A stretch of 63,639 nt of DNA, the filler included, from Octopus bimaculoides (lineage: Eukaryota), in the NCBI RefSeq assembly GCF_001194135.2. It is 8 parts of 6 records of this genome, joined end to end, with 100 filler letters (N's around TTAATTAATTAA, not from the genome) between each part and the next. Parts side by side here need not be neighbours in the genome. Positions count along the whole stretch, not along the records: positions 19,601 to 30,425 come from NC_068989.1; positions 30,526 to 37,359 come from NC_069002.1; 6 more parts are not named here. One strand, 5' to 3'. Both the position numbers and the translations under genes were made by a program. The notes below the pieces were generated by a model. The model had not been told where the DNA came from. It saw only the letters and a list, made by a program, of their open reading frames with translations, and did not search any database. Positions within the stretch are counted from its first letter, which is position 1; every line of letters starts with the position of its first letter. Below are positions 24,296 through 37,459 of this stretch, piece by piece.

Positions 24296-25999
24296 ATGAC
24301 AATAAGAATCTATGTTAATAAGAAGCTGTCTACTGTTTTCCCTGTGAATGGTGACCACTGGAGACCCAACTGTGTATGTAGCATATAAACATCTAAGTTA
24401 TTTTTCTTCTTAGTGTTATCATTGATATTTATTATCAACAATACTAAATTCTCTCTTTTTCCGTATATACTAAACACGTTTTGTGAACAGCTGATTATGC
24501 TTCGCTGATGACACGCAATAAAATAAACAATATACATTGTTTTTACTCGTGCGCTTTCCATTATTTAATTATTATTGCATTACATAGCTTGCTGAATTTA
24601 GATATAAGCAGTCACGAGTTATATCCTATAATTAAGCCAAACTGAGATCAAAATGAGTTTGCTCGCCCTCATAAAAACAACAAACCAATCGAACTCCAAC
24701 ACTGTGCTGCTTTCTTAATAGTCGAAGGAGATATGTACTGAAGTGATGGATACCCTATGTCTTAAACAAAGGAGGGATGATCATAAATGTGGTTTCTATC
24801 GTCAAAAATCTACTTAATCAAGAGAGACCTAGGGTCAAAGTAAAGTACTGCAACGCTTCAGTGTCTATTTCATCCCTAAAGTGAGAAATCTGCAAAGAAG
24901 TCTAATTTGTTGGAAAGTTTAAATAATGATCATATCGCAAATCTTTGGATTCAATCGTATTTCTGTAGGCTTTATCTAGTAAATAGCACAACTTTATGAG
25001 AAATTACGTTGGTATACAAAATTAAAGCTGTATTAAATTAAAATAACTCTTTAACTGTCATGCTAAATATATAGAGATTGTTTATGAGCCATTTACTGCG
25101 GAATATGTTCAGAGAGAACATATCTAATGTTATTCTGAGATAACATTCCGTGTTAAAATACTATAGATATCAGAGGGAGACAATATTCGACCAGTAACGG
25201 GTAGCAAGAGTGCCAGATGCATTTTGACATTATTGCGCCTTTTCAGTTGCGTGTACACACAGTCAACTACATCGATGGACCATAATTCTTCACGTATCGA
25301 TATGCAAAAAAGTGAATAGAACATTAATTTATGTTGTGAACAGCCACCATAAGCACATCCATGAGAGATGTTATCTCGCAACAAATACAGCAGTAACAGC
25401 CTATTAACAGAGCATATACATTAGGCATGATACATAGATAGCTATTTTAAATTAAGTTTGTTTTTGTTACTAACATGATAAACAGAGGGTGTAACTTTTC
25501 CTGAATATAGTATTGCCAAGCCGTGACTTGCCGTAGTCGTGAGATCGTCGTGAGGTCTAGTAAAATGCCTTCCAGTATTTTAAATACGTTCTTCCTTTCA
25601 TTTCATAGTCAATCAATAAATTATTACTACAGGATAAAGGATTAGTGTATCTGTTAGAAAATCGGACGGAATGTCTTATGGTAGCTATAGCAGTTCTTTG
25701 CGTTCTGACGATAGCGTCTACGATGAAAATTATGCCAATCTGTACTGAGTCTTGCTTTGTCTTAGATAAAATCGGTGGCATGGCGAGAGGGAAGAGACAT
25801 ATGTCCTTTTGAATTTCGGCTCACGGTCTGCAATTTTTCAGGGAAGGTATATGTTATGTCTCAAGCTACTGCTATCTAGCACCTTCGGATGATCTCTACT
25901 CAACCGCTACACAACTGCTGCTCAACACTCTTACTACGGCCAGACTATCTCTATATGTCTTGAGAGATCCTACTTCTTCACCTGGAGGCGTCGACACAA

Positions 26000-26180
26000 C
26001 AGTATAACTCGATTACAATGGTCCCAGTACCTAACTGGTATTCATCGACCCCAAAATGTTGAAAGGTAGAATGAGATTTAGGTAGAATGAGATTTAGTTA
26101 GAATGAGATCTCAAAATGTAACAAGCTGGAAGATATGCTGCTCAGCATTTTGTTAATGTGTTACCGATTGTTCCCACTAA
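26000..26180 (-). mobile_element. Diverged SINE family A with internal 16-bp tandem (GGTAGAATGAGATTTA x3)
   Basis: CCCAGTACCTAACTGGTATTCATCGACCCCAAAATGTTGAAAGG core remnant. Confidence 0.6.
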
Positions 26181-27027
26181 GCTGTCAATGTTATTCCTAA
26201 GACCAATGATTATATAAATGAAGTGATATGGCTTCAAACTGAAATTGAAATCATAGACAGTTTTGTTAATTTTGACGATTCATGCCGTTTTGTCTATAGA
26301 TTTTTGCGGCGTTAGTATCGATTAAGATTTTTGCAAACAAAGCATTTTAATTATTTAAGATTGCACATAGTTCCTAAACATTACGTAAAATGAAAACCAT
26401 TTTAAATAAAAATTAAATTCAAGTAAAGTTGCACAAAAAATGGAACTAAAATAACAAGGATATTTTATTCCCGTAAGATATTTAAATGCAGAATCGAGGA
26501 CTACATAAACGTTCTTTATAATTTCGAGAGAAAGGATTAAACGTACAGAGGAGAACAAAATATTTGAGATTAGTTATTAATTTAGTTTTGGAGTAAGGTA
26601 CCTTCGTAATTACTAATTAATTGACGGTTTTGTTAATATTAAGAAAACTTTTATCACGCTAGCGATAATAACTTATGTTACAATTGCTGCGTTAATGCAG
26701 AAACAACAATGTGTGTCTTATTTACAACGGAGATATTTGTCTTGAGGCATTAAACTTAAATTACTGGTTTAAATGAAAACTCTGAATAGTGTTTAATATG
26801 CATATGCACGTCTGTATGTTCTCTAAACTTTTATGCTTGTTAAAATGATGTACAAGTGTGGACGAGTAGGTGTATGTATTTGTGCAGAGAATGGTAAAGA
26901 AACATAGACACACATACTTATCAAATAAGTTATAAAGCATGTGAATAGTTGTGAGCACTTATTGCTTAGCGCTGATGACGTGCCCAGTGTATTAATTCAT
27001 CCACACACTCACACACATACATATATA

Positions 27028-27179
<152 letters not shown>

Positions 27180-27887
27180 AATACATAGATAGAGAGAGGG
27201 ATAGATGTATATGTTTGTGCATGTGTGTATGTACTTACATTCATGTATACACAGGCAGATCAACACGCAGACAGACGAGCATGAACACAGTTGTGTGGGT
27301 GTCTGTATATATTTGACATCATGGTTAAGCTTGCAAAAAACTTTCGTTCAAACCAAATGCTTTTATTTTATTGCATCAAGTAGTTATGTCTAATGTGTAT
27401 AATTGCCTACGTATTGAATATACGTTTATGTCTGCAGTAACATTAAGTCTTTCTCATGCTGGAGGATCAGAATAAAGGATTCGAAATGTGGAATCTTCGC
27501 TTGCGTTTAAACCTAAACTGATACACACACACCTTCTAGGTACCTAAATTGTACAAGGGTTTCTTTATCTGAGATCTAACAACCCAGTACTCTATATGTT
27601 TGTGCGTGTATTTTTCTCCACTGTTTCCTTTATTTCTTTCTGCTTCTAAACTTCCCTCTCACTTTCACCAAATTTATATCTCACTCGATTCCATTTTCCC
27701 CAAGCCAACTACATGCTATCGGTATCGCTCACTACTTATGCTCACCGCTTTGCACTGGTACTCTCCTGTATATGCACAAAATTATCCGCCTCCTCTCCCA
27801 ATTATTTACTCCTTCCCATAAAAGTACATTTTCACCTGAAACTGAACTTTAACTCATTTTTTCTTTCCAGTACCCATCGGTATTTTT

Positions 27888-27926
27888 TTTTTCTGATGAA
27901 GGACTCTATGTTCGAAACATCGAAGG
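27888..27926 (+). ncRNA. Minimal hammerhead motif with canonical CUGAUGA core and a mutated cleavage-site stem
   Basis: TTTTT-CTGATGA(27893-99)-A-GGA CTCTATG TTC-GAAA-C-ATC-GAAGG. G16.2 appears changed to A. The downstream flank resembles that of the CUGUCGA copies. Confidence 0.55.
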
Positions 27927-28223
27927 CTCTTCTTTTCTATTTTTTTTCATGCGTGAAACTAATAACATTTTCGGAACATTTTGTCCATCTTCTGTTGTTC
28001 TTATTTTTATTCAGTCATCATATATATTAGTGGGTGGGGTGTATGAATGTATAAATACTTGTATTTTGTTGGCATAACGATGCTAAGAAAGCCATAACTT
28101 CGAAGTTACTCTCAATAGTTGCTTGTAAAAATTAATGACAATATACTGTGCTTAAATGTATTGAGTAATGATTTGGTTTTATCTTCAATTGTTTTTATAT
28201 GTAACTTCTCATAAAAAGAATTA

Positions 28224-28277
<54 letters not shown>

Positions 28278-28468
28278 AGATGTGTGTGTGTATACAGATG
28301 TGTGTGTGTGATTGCATGTGTATACAGAGAGACAGAGAGAGAGAGAAATGGTGATTGATAGAAAGAGGGACAGATATACATATATACAGATACATATATA
28401 TAATCTACCCACGTACATACCTACACACGCGCGCGTACACATGCATACACATACACACGCATACACAC

Positions 28469-28551
<83 letters not shown>

Positions 28552-29045
28552 TGCACATATGTTTCCTGGTGTACATGAGTGTGTTTGAGTGTTAGTTCTA
28601 AAGCTTGCAATGTCCCGCATGGTATTACTCTGGCAAAAATCCTTGAATCCTGTTATGGATAAAATTATTTTTTCTGTTTCTTTTTTACTTCCGCCAGTTT
28701 ATTGACGGTTTATGGATATCATTTCGATGAATGTAAATGAAATATTGAATAACAAGTTCTCAGATGTTTTCCTTTGTTCTCTTCTCTATTCACTTTTTTG
28801 CTGTTTCTCTTGTGATTTTTTTTTCTACATGATATCAGATAATTGACGGGAATTAACCTGAACATTCTTCGTCATTCGGTACAAGATAAAAGAATGTAAT
28901 CTTTAAGGCTTTCATGAAACGGAAGTCTTCGTACACAAATTATAAATCATTAAATGCTTTGAATACACCAGCATACAAAAGAACATTTACACACATGCAC
29001 ACACACATATACACACACACACATATATATACATATATACGGATA

Positions 29046-29086
<41 letters not shown>

Positions 29087-30149
29087 CAGCAAATGAGAAT
29101 ATGTTATTTATAATACTCACTCTTAGCAAGAATTGTTGTATATCATCAACGTTCTTTCCAGTAACCTGTAAAAATAATAAAATGCACATAAATTAATTTA
29201 TTAATTTCAATGGTAAATTTTGGGGGTATTAGTTTATTTTAATGCAAATCTCTGATACAATAAAAGGTTCTCCAAATATTATTAATATATTAAATGAAAT
29301 TTAATTAAAATCCTGGTTATATGCATTTGTTGTTTTATGTGTCTGTGCATTTCCATTTTAAGTAATATAACCATGTATATGTATATCTGTGTATGTATTA
29401 AAACGATCGTGCATTCATGCAGTATGTATGCATGAACGCTAAAATCTACCCACACACGTAAGATCAAACGCAGATACTCATATACTCGTAAAGACAGACA
29501 CACATATAAATACAATGCGCATATACATACATACTTATATCTATCTATATATATATGTATATACACACACACGCACACACATACACTCAAGCTTATGTAT
29601 ATCTGTATACAGACACACGTTTGTGTATGTATAGATACAATACAAACGTGTTTATTTTTATCAAGCTACAATACGTACATATATTCATAACTACAAACCT
29701 ACATACATATGTGTGTGTACATATATATACGTATGTATTGTGCATATATGTCTGTGTCACTGTGTGTGTAACTGTACGGGTGTGTACATATGCCTATATT
29801 TGTATTAACCATGCATGTATTTGTATGTATATATATATATATATATATATNNNNNNNNNNNNNNNATATATATCTGTATATATACGTCTGTGTGTGTGTG
29901 CGTTCGTGCGCGTGTGTGTGTCTGTGTGTACACCAACACACACACACACATTCACGGAACAGTTAGAAAATTGAAATGCTTATCGTTTTTTTCTGTGGGT
30001 TTTTTTCCTGTTTCCTGCAAAAATCTATCAACAATTAACTTCAAACGCAACTCCCTACAGCCATCGATATCTAGGTGTCATTAGTGTCTGCATATATGTT
30101 TATGCACACATACACACACGCACACGCACAGACACACACACATACGTGA

Positions 30150-30179
<30 letters not shown>

Positions 30180-30185
<6 letters not shown>

Positions 30186-30425
30186 TAAATATAAGGGATT
30201 AGCAATTGAGTTGCTTCTCCAACATACTGAAAATTCAGAAACAGCAGTCAAAGAACTACCGCTTCTAAACTACAAATTTTTCTCCAAAACGGATGGCGAT
30301 ATTTATGGCACACATAGAACAAAAAACCGGAGGGAAAAGCACAAACAAAACAAGCCTTTAGTTAATTGGGTACGAATCGTTTCATGGTTAAGCGAGCGAA
30401 AACTTCACTATTCCAATCTTCAGCC
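30180..30425 (-). mobile_element. Hammerhead-bearing short repeat (Penelope-pLTR/retrozyme-like), homologous to 39780-40030
   Basis: Shares TATCATAAAT..AGGGATT...GCTTCTCCAACATACTGA.AATTCAGAAA.AGCAGTCAAAGAACTAC with the 39.8 kb copy. It begins at (TA)n and ends at a gap just beyond the HHR. Confidence 0.8.
30368..30425 (-). ncRNA. Minimal type I hammerhead ribozyme, intact core
   Basis: Minus strand: GG-CTGAAGA-T-TGG..AGTGA/TCGCT..CCA-T-GAAA-C GATTC GTA-CCC. Stem I is truncated by the gap. Confidence 0.75.
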
Positions 30426-31738
30426 NNNNNNNNNNNNNNNNNNNNNNNNNNNNNNNNNNNNNNNNNNNNTTAATTAATTAANNNNNNNNNNNNNNNNNNN
30501 NNNNNNNNNNNNNNNNNNNNNNNNNTATATACATATATATATATATATAAGCATACGAGTGTGTTGTGTTTGAATGTATATTAAATTGTATTAATATATT
30601 CCTGACATGACCTGCATCTTCCATTTTACTTCGCACACACACACGCACACACGCACGCACGCACGCACGCACGCGCACGCACACACACAGAAGCATCACT
30701 AAATATATTTATTTTCTTAAGTATTCGTCTTCATCCTTCCGTCTCTTTACGTGACTATCAACCTCCCCTTCCGTCTCATTCCCCTCTTCCCCTCCAAGCT
30801 CTTTTCCCACCCCAGCCCCTACCCCATGCTTTAATCACCCCCGGATATTCCGTATTTCTGAGCTTCTTTATTGTGTTTTAACCATCAAGATTAGGTCCAC
30901 GATGGAGCAGTATTTTTGTCGTTTTAGTAAAATATTGCAATGACGAGATTGTATTGCGATGCCACGTTTGACAAGTTCAAATATTTTATTGAATGACAAT
31001 AAAACTTATGTGGAAGATATGAGTGTGTCTGCACTAAAATTTTTCTTGAACTTGACGGCAATCTGCCTACTTCTGTACGTATATATGTATGCATGTATAT
31101 ATGTATGTAAACATGTATGTAAGTATTATGTGTATGAATGTATGTATGTATGTATGTAAGGATATACATACACTAATATATATATGCATACATATATACA
31201 CAAACATATACATGTATGTATATATATATATATATACTCATACATACATACATGCACGCTCACATACACACACATTTATGCATATGCATATACATATACA
31301 TATATATATATATGTATATAAATAAATTCATATATATATATATATATATATATATACAAACATATATATATCCATACATACTTATATATATATATGTGTG
31401 TATAATACATATGTATATAATATACGTAGTACATATATGTGTGTATATATATACGTATTGAATTAGATTTGTTTAACATCATGGCAATATGCTTATATGC
31501 ATACAACATATAAATAACGGGCGTAGGTACGCACACAAACGCGTGTACACATACACACACATACACATAAACACACACATATTTATATACGAACATGCAA
31601 ACAGGCAAATGCATATATATTCGTACGTATGTATACGTATACACACAAATATGTATATGTATACACACAAATATGACTTAACCGATACAGTTGATCGTGA
31701 CGGTAATTTTTCTCCATATATACACGCAAACATACACA

Positions 31739-31786
<48 letters not shown>

Positions 31787-31990
31787 GAAGCAGAAACTCT
31801 CACTCACTAATATACACATGCACATGAAGCATGCCTGTCTGTTTATATGCATGTCTGTAAGTTTGAATATATACATGTGTGTGTGTGTTTGTGTTTATAT
31901 ATATCGACTTGAAAATTGTTAAGACACTAGTATATTTTCCTACTCTTCTCAACATGAAACCAACGTTAGTTTTAATTCACAAATAAAGAA

Positions 31991-32021
<31 letters not shown>

Positions 32022-32173
32022 ATATATAAATATATGTATATACATATATATGTATAATTTCGATAAGAGGTTAGATAATCCTCATTAAGGGATAGTAATA
32101 GCCAATGAATTACTGGTTCATTAGCAAATGTTTGTTGGGTATATTAATTATAATACTCATGAATAATAGGTAA

Positions 32174-32322
32174 TTAGATAAACCAAGCTTTATATGTATT
32201 CAAGAAGAATAAGAAAATGGAGATAAATCAATTAAGAAGTATATTTATTAACTTCAAAATTAAATATAATCTCTATATGTTTTATATATATCGGCAACAT
32301 TCGTCAATTTCTTGAAAATGGG

Positions 32323-32357
<35 letters not shown>

Positions 32358-32515
32358 TGACAGACAGATAGATAGATAGATAATTGACGAATGTTGCCGA
32401 TATATATAAAACATATAGAGATTAAATTTAATTTTGAAGTTAATAAATATACTTCTTAATTGATTTATCTCCATTTTCTTATTCTTCTTGAATACATATA
32501 AAGCTTGGTTTATCT

Positions 32516-32517
<2 letters not shown>
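32174..32517. repeat. Near-perfect 136-bp inverted repeat with GACA/GATA microsatellite spacer
   Basis: 32174-32309 versus the reverse complement of 32382-32517: one mismatch found by eye. Confidence 0.95.
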
Positions 32518-32571
<54 letters not shown>

Positions 32572-32580
32572 GTAGGTAGG

Positions 32581-32618
<38 letters not shown>

Positions 32619-32747
32619 CATACATACATACATACATACATACATACATACATACATACATAAGTATGATACAATGATCGAAGCGAATTCAGGCGAAGGA
32701 ACAAAAAGCAGGTGTATTAGTATATCGTTCGGGTAGAATGGGAAAGT

Positions 32748-32784
32748 CGTTGACGTTTCGAGCCTACTCTCTTCGACAGAAAGG
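32748..32784 (-). ncRNA. Minimal hammerhead-like motif with variant core CUGUCGA
   Basis: Minus strand: TCCTTT-CTGTCGA-A-GAG AGTAGG CTC-GAAA-C-GTC-AACG. Confidence 0.6.
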
Positions 32785-33099
32785 AAAAAGATAGAGAGAG
32801 AAATATATATGTATATGTATGTGTGTGTGAGAGAGTGTGTGTATATATGTATATATCTATCCATCTATTTATCTATCTATATAACTATATATATATATAT
32901 ATTCATGCACATAAATATGTGTGTGTGTGTTTATGTATGTATGCATGTATGTATGCATGTATGCATACATGTATGTATATACACAGATCACAATTTCACG
33001 CACGCACACATACACGGATAAAAAAATATCGAGAGAATATATACCACATCAGAAACATTCACCAGTGTTTCTTCATTCATTACTACTACTACAACTACA

Positions 33100-33157
<58 letters not shown>

Positions 33158-33160
33158 ATG

Positions 33161-33212
<52 letters not shown>

Positions 33213-34264
33213 CACCACTACTGCTGCTGCCGCTGCTACACTACTTCGTCTTTTCAAATCGTTCTCCCTCTCCATGCGGTTCCTCTGTCGCTCTTCTTCA
33301 TACAGCCACCACCTTCCAGTTCCATTCTGTTTCCTCCTCATCCACCGTCAAATAGATAAGAGCTTGTCAAGAACTATGACAGAATTCAGTCATCATTTTA
33401 CATAAGGGGGAATTTTCGATTTAAATCGGGTAAAAAAAACAAAAAAAAAACGAGAAAATGAATTATATACACTCATACATTTGCACGCACTTATACACTC
33501 GAAGACATTAATATAAATACGAACACACACACAGACACATATAAACATATAAGCATGTGAATGTATAATTCTCCACTCATATGTGTTCATATATAGGTGC
33601 GTTTATATTGATCCATATGTATGTACATATATATATGTATGTGTACAGTATATATGTAATATATATATATATATANNNNNNNNNNNNNNNNNNNNNNNNN
33701 NNNNNNNNNNNNNNNNNNNNNNNNNNNNNNNNNNNNNNNNNNNNNNNNNNNNNNNNNNNNNNNNNNNNNNNNNNNNNNNNNNNNNNNNNNNNNNNNNNNN
33801 NNNNNNNNNNNNNNNNNNNNNNNNNNNNNNNNNNNNNNNNNNNNNNNNNNNNNNNNNNNNNNNNNNNNNNNNNNNNNNNNNNNNNNNNNNNNNNNNNNNN
33901 NNNNNNNNNNNNNNNNNNNNNNNNNNNNNNNNNNNNNNNNNNNNNNNNNNNNNNNNNNNNNNNNNNNNNNNNNNNNNNNNNNNNNNNNNNNNNNNNNNNN
34001 NNNNNNNNNNNNNNNNNNNNNNNNNNNNNNNNNNNNNNNNNNNNNNNNNNNNNNNNNNNNNNNNNNNNNNNNNNNNNNNNNNNNNNNNNNNNNNNNNNNN
34101 NNNNNNNNNNNNNNNNNNNNNNNNNNNNNNNNNNNNNNNNNNNNNNNNNNNNNNNNNNNNNNNNNNNNNNNNNNNNNNNNNNNNNNNNNNNNNNNNNNNN
34201 NNNNNNNNNNNNNNNNNNNNNNNNNNNNNNNNNNNNNNNNNNNNNNNNNNNNNNNNNNNNNNNN

Positions 34265-34311
<47 letters not shown>

Positions 34312-34329
34312 CGCACGTATGTGTGTATT

Positions 34330-34865
34330 GTGAATGCGATGGAGAGAAGTATCATAATCGAGGATATTCGATACAAGACTTACGTAGTGAAGAGAGGCCA
34401 ATCAGAGCCTCCAAAGACACTGAAAAGCCGCCTGACCTTTGCCAAACGGTTAATTAACAAGTTCAGCAACGCTATAAACCCAACTAATGTTTTCTGAAGA
34501 GAAAAACTGTCTAACGGATGAAATGATTGATGGTTATGTGCAGATCCTTCTGATATCAACAGTGTGATGCACACTAAGTGTATAGCAACTGCAATGGTTT
34601 TAGAAGCGGTAAGTTACGAATATCATCTCATGCCACTTCTCATTTCTTCACAGGGTCTTACAATAAGTACTTCCGGAGTACGTTAAGGTGCTGGAAACAG
34701 TCGCTAAGCCCTTGCTGGTTGAAGGAGTATGCAACAGAAAGTCATACATGTGGAAACAAGACACACCACCTCCTCTCATAACCCACATAACCCGTGATTA
34801 GATGCCAAACAATCTTTACACTCGTGCAGCACCAAATATGTGGCCTCCAGACTGGCCAGACAAGA
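34330..34865 (+). pseudogene. Degenerate DD37D (maT-type) mariner transposase
   Basis: EDIRYKTYVVKRGQ...RLTFAKRLINK, FSEEKN, WLCADPSDI, VMHTK...VLEAVS, YVKVLETVAKP, YMWKQDT, PNMWPPDWPD, with frameshifts and stops. Confidence 0.85.
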
Positions 34866-35334
34866 GCAGTAATCGTGTGCACGTGATCGTGCATGATAAA
34901 TCAAATAATTTGTCTGGCTTTGCTAGATTCAATTTAAAATAAAGCATAAAATTAAATGAATGTTTTAGCAATTGTTATTCACTTGTCCTAGACGAACTAT
35001 GGCTGTCAATTAAAATATAGCGTCTAATTAATAAACTATTGTCAACTGCAACATCATCATCATCATCAACATCAGCAACAATAACAACAACAGCAACAAA
35101 GACAACGAAGCCACGATTACTTCGACCACCGCCATCGCTACTGATTTATTGTCATAATCGTAGACATAATCACACCGTCACGATTCGCTTCCACCCCACC
35201 CCTCCCTTCCTCCTCCTCCTTCTCCTCTTGATCATCATCATCATCATCATCATTCACATCCTCATCCTCATTACTATTATCAGATTCATCGTATAAAATA
35301 ACGTTATACGATCGTGTCTCAAAATGCAGTATGA

Positions 35335-35408
<74 letters not shown>

Positions 35409-35422
35409 TAAATAATAAGGTT

Positions 35423-35812
35423 AAAAAATTGATATTAATTTCATTAATATCAATTTAAACCTGTGGTTTAGCATATAGAAAAAATCCGAAGATCCAGAAA
35501 AATTATATTACATACATATAAGAGGGATGACCACTAGGTGTGCCAAAACGAAGACATTTGAAATATATCCCCAAGTATAATGGACAGAACTGTATGCACG
35601 TCCCCTATCGTGTGGACGTCTCGTGCATTGTTCTGTAAATTATATTTTCTGTGACGGTCGCACTGATGAATTTCGGACATTTACGTATGTAAATATGCAA
35701 ATGGTAATGATGAAACCTGGTATGTGACTAATCATTATATTTTTGTATCTTTTCATTTGTCTTGCTCGCTTTACGTTCTGGCGTTTGCTGAATTTTCTTT
35801 GCTCAAACAAAA
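35423..35812. mobile_element. Penelope-pLTR-like composite repeat containing a hammerhead, related to 43570-43828
   Basis: 35423-35581 is the reverse complement of 43713-43828 plus 43570-43603. 35750-35812 is a direct copy of about 43606-43660. Confidence 0.7.
35657..35728 (+). ncRNA. Minimal type I hammerhead ribozyme, canonical core
   Basis: GTCGCA-CTGATGA(35663-69)-stem II region with ATTTAC/GTAAAT hairpin-GAAA(35712-15)-C CTG GTA-TGTGAC. Stem I is 6 bp (GTCGCA/TGTGAC); stem III is the near-palindrome ACCTGGT. Confidence 0.75.
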
Positions 35813-36437
35813 GAAAAAAGAATATATANNNNNNNNNNNNNNNNNNNNNNNNNNNNNNNNNNNNNNNNNNNNNNNNNNNNNNNNNNNNNNNNNNNNNNNN
35901 NNNNNNNNNNNNNNNNNNNNNNNNNNNNNNNNNNNNNNNNNNNNNNNNNNNNNNNNNNNNNNNNNNNNNNNNNNNNNNNNNNNNNNNNNNNNNNNNNNNN
36001 NNNNNNNNNNNNNNNNNNNNNNNNNNNNNNNNNNNNNNNNNNNNNNNNNNNNNNNNNNNNNNNNNNNNNNNNNNNNNNNNNNNNNNNNNNNNNNNNNNNN
36101 NNNNNNNNNNNNNNNNNNNNNNNNNNNNNNNNNNNNNNNNNNNNNNNNNNNNNNNNNNNNNNNNNNNNNNNNNNNNNNNNNNNNNNNNNNNNNNNNNNNN
36201 NNNNNNNNNNNNNNNNNNNNNNNNNNNNNNNNNNAGTAACGAAAAGAAAAACAAAAGAAAAAAAAAACAGAAAAAAATGGATAAAAATGACAGAAGTTAA
36301 AATGCAGAAATTTTTAACTGCAATAATTGCTTATGTTTTGATGTTTTTTCAAATGAGCAAAAGTAGAACTTATGGCGGTTTTGTTTTTAAGGCCTCCGTG
36401 ACGGATGGAAGAAAGGAAAGAAAAGACAACGAATGAT

Positions 36438-36489
<52 letters not shown>

Positions 36490-36599
36490 TGTTCGTGTTG
36501 TTGTTTTTGTTGCTTGCCCAAGACCAATGATAAAAGCCATCCCAGCCGTCACCTTCTCGTTTATTTATTTACTCTATTTAGTTATTTATATATTTTTTT

Positions 36600-37045
36600 T
36601 ATTCTTTTGCTCGTTTCCGTCATTAGACTGCAGCCATACTGGGGCACGGCCTTGAAAGATTGAAGTTCGAAGTCGAACGAATCGACCCCCGACACTTGTT
36701 TTTTTAAGCATGCTACGTATGTTATCAGTCACTATTTGCCGCATCGATAACTTACGGGGACATAAACAGACCAACACTGGTTTCAAGCGATAGTGAGGTA
36801 CAAACACAGACACGCACACATATGTATGCGTATACACACATGCATATATACATACAATCATATATATATATACATGTATGTATGTATGTATGTACACACA
36901 TACGACTCGCTTGCTTCTTTCAGTTTCCGTCAGTGTAATCCACCCTCGACGTTTTGGGCGTCTCGAGGCTACAGTGGAAGACACTTGCCCAATCTGACAC
37001 ACAGTGGAACTGAACCCACGACCATGTGGTTGTGAGGCAAACTTA
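36600..37045 (-). mobile_element. Full-length SINE family B
   Basis: CGTCATTAGACTGCAGCCATACTGGGGCACGGCC tail; GAAGACACTTGCCCAA...GGAACTGAACCCACGACCATGTGGTTG head. Confidence 0.88.
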
Positions 37046-37096
37046 AACTATTACTTCTGGTTGTAAAAAGAGTAAGTCCTCTGCACATTTACCGGT

Positions 37097-37262
37097 GGGT
37101 GCAGGCATGGCTGGTTGGTAAGAGGTTTACTTCCAAACCACATGGTTCCGGGTTCAGTCCCACTGCGTGACCGCTTCAGCAAGTGTCTTCTGTTGTAGCC
37201 TCGTGCTGATGAAAGCTTTGTGAGTGGATCTGGTAAACGGAAACTGGGAGAAGTCCGTCGTG
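37097..37262 (+). mobile_element. SINE family B 5' half
   Basis: GCAGGCATGGCTGGTTGGTAAG...GGTTCAGTCCCACTGCGTG...GCAAGTGTCTTCT...GGAAACTGGGAGAAGTCCGTCG. Confidence 0.85.
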
Positions 37263-37282
37263 TATATTTGAATATATATATG

Positions 37283-37359
<77 letters not shown>

Positions 37360-37459
37360 NNNNNNNNNNNNNNNNNNNNNNNNNNNNNNNNNNNNNNNNN
37401 NNNTTAATTAATTAANNNNNNNNNNNNNNNNNNNNNNNNNNNNNNNNNNNNNNNNNNNN

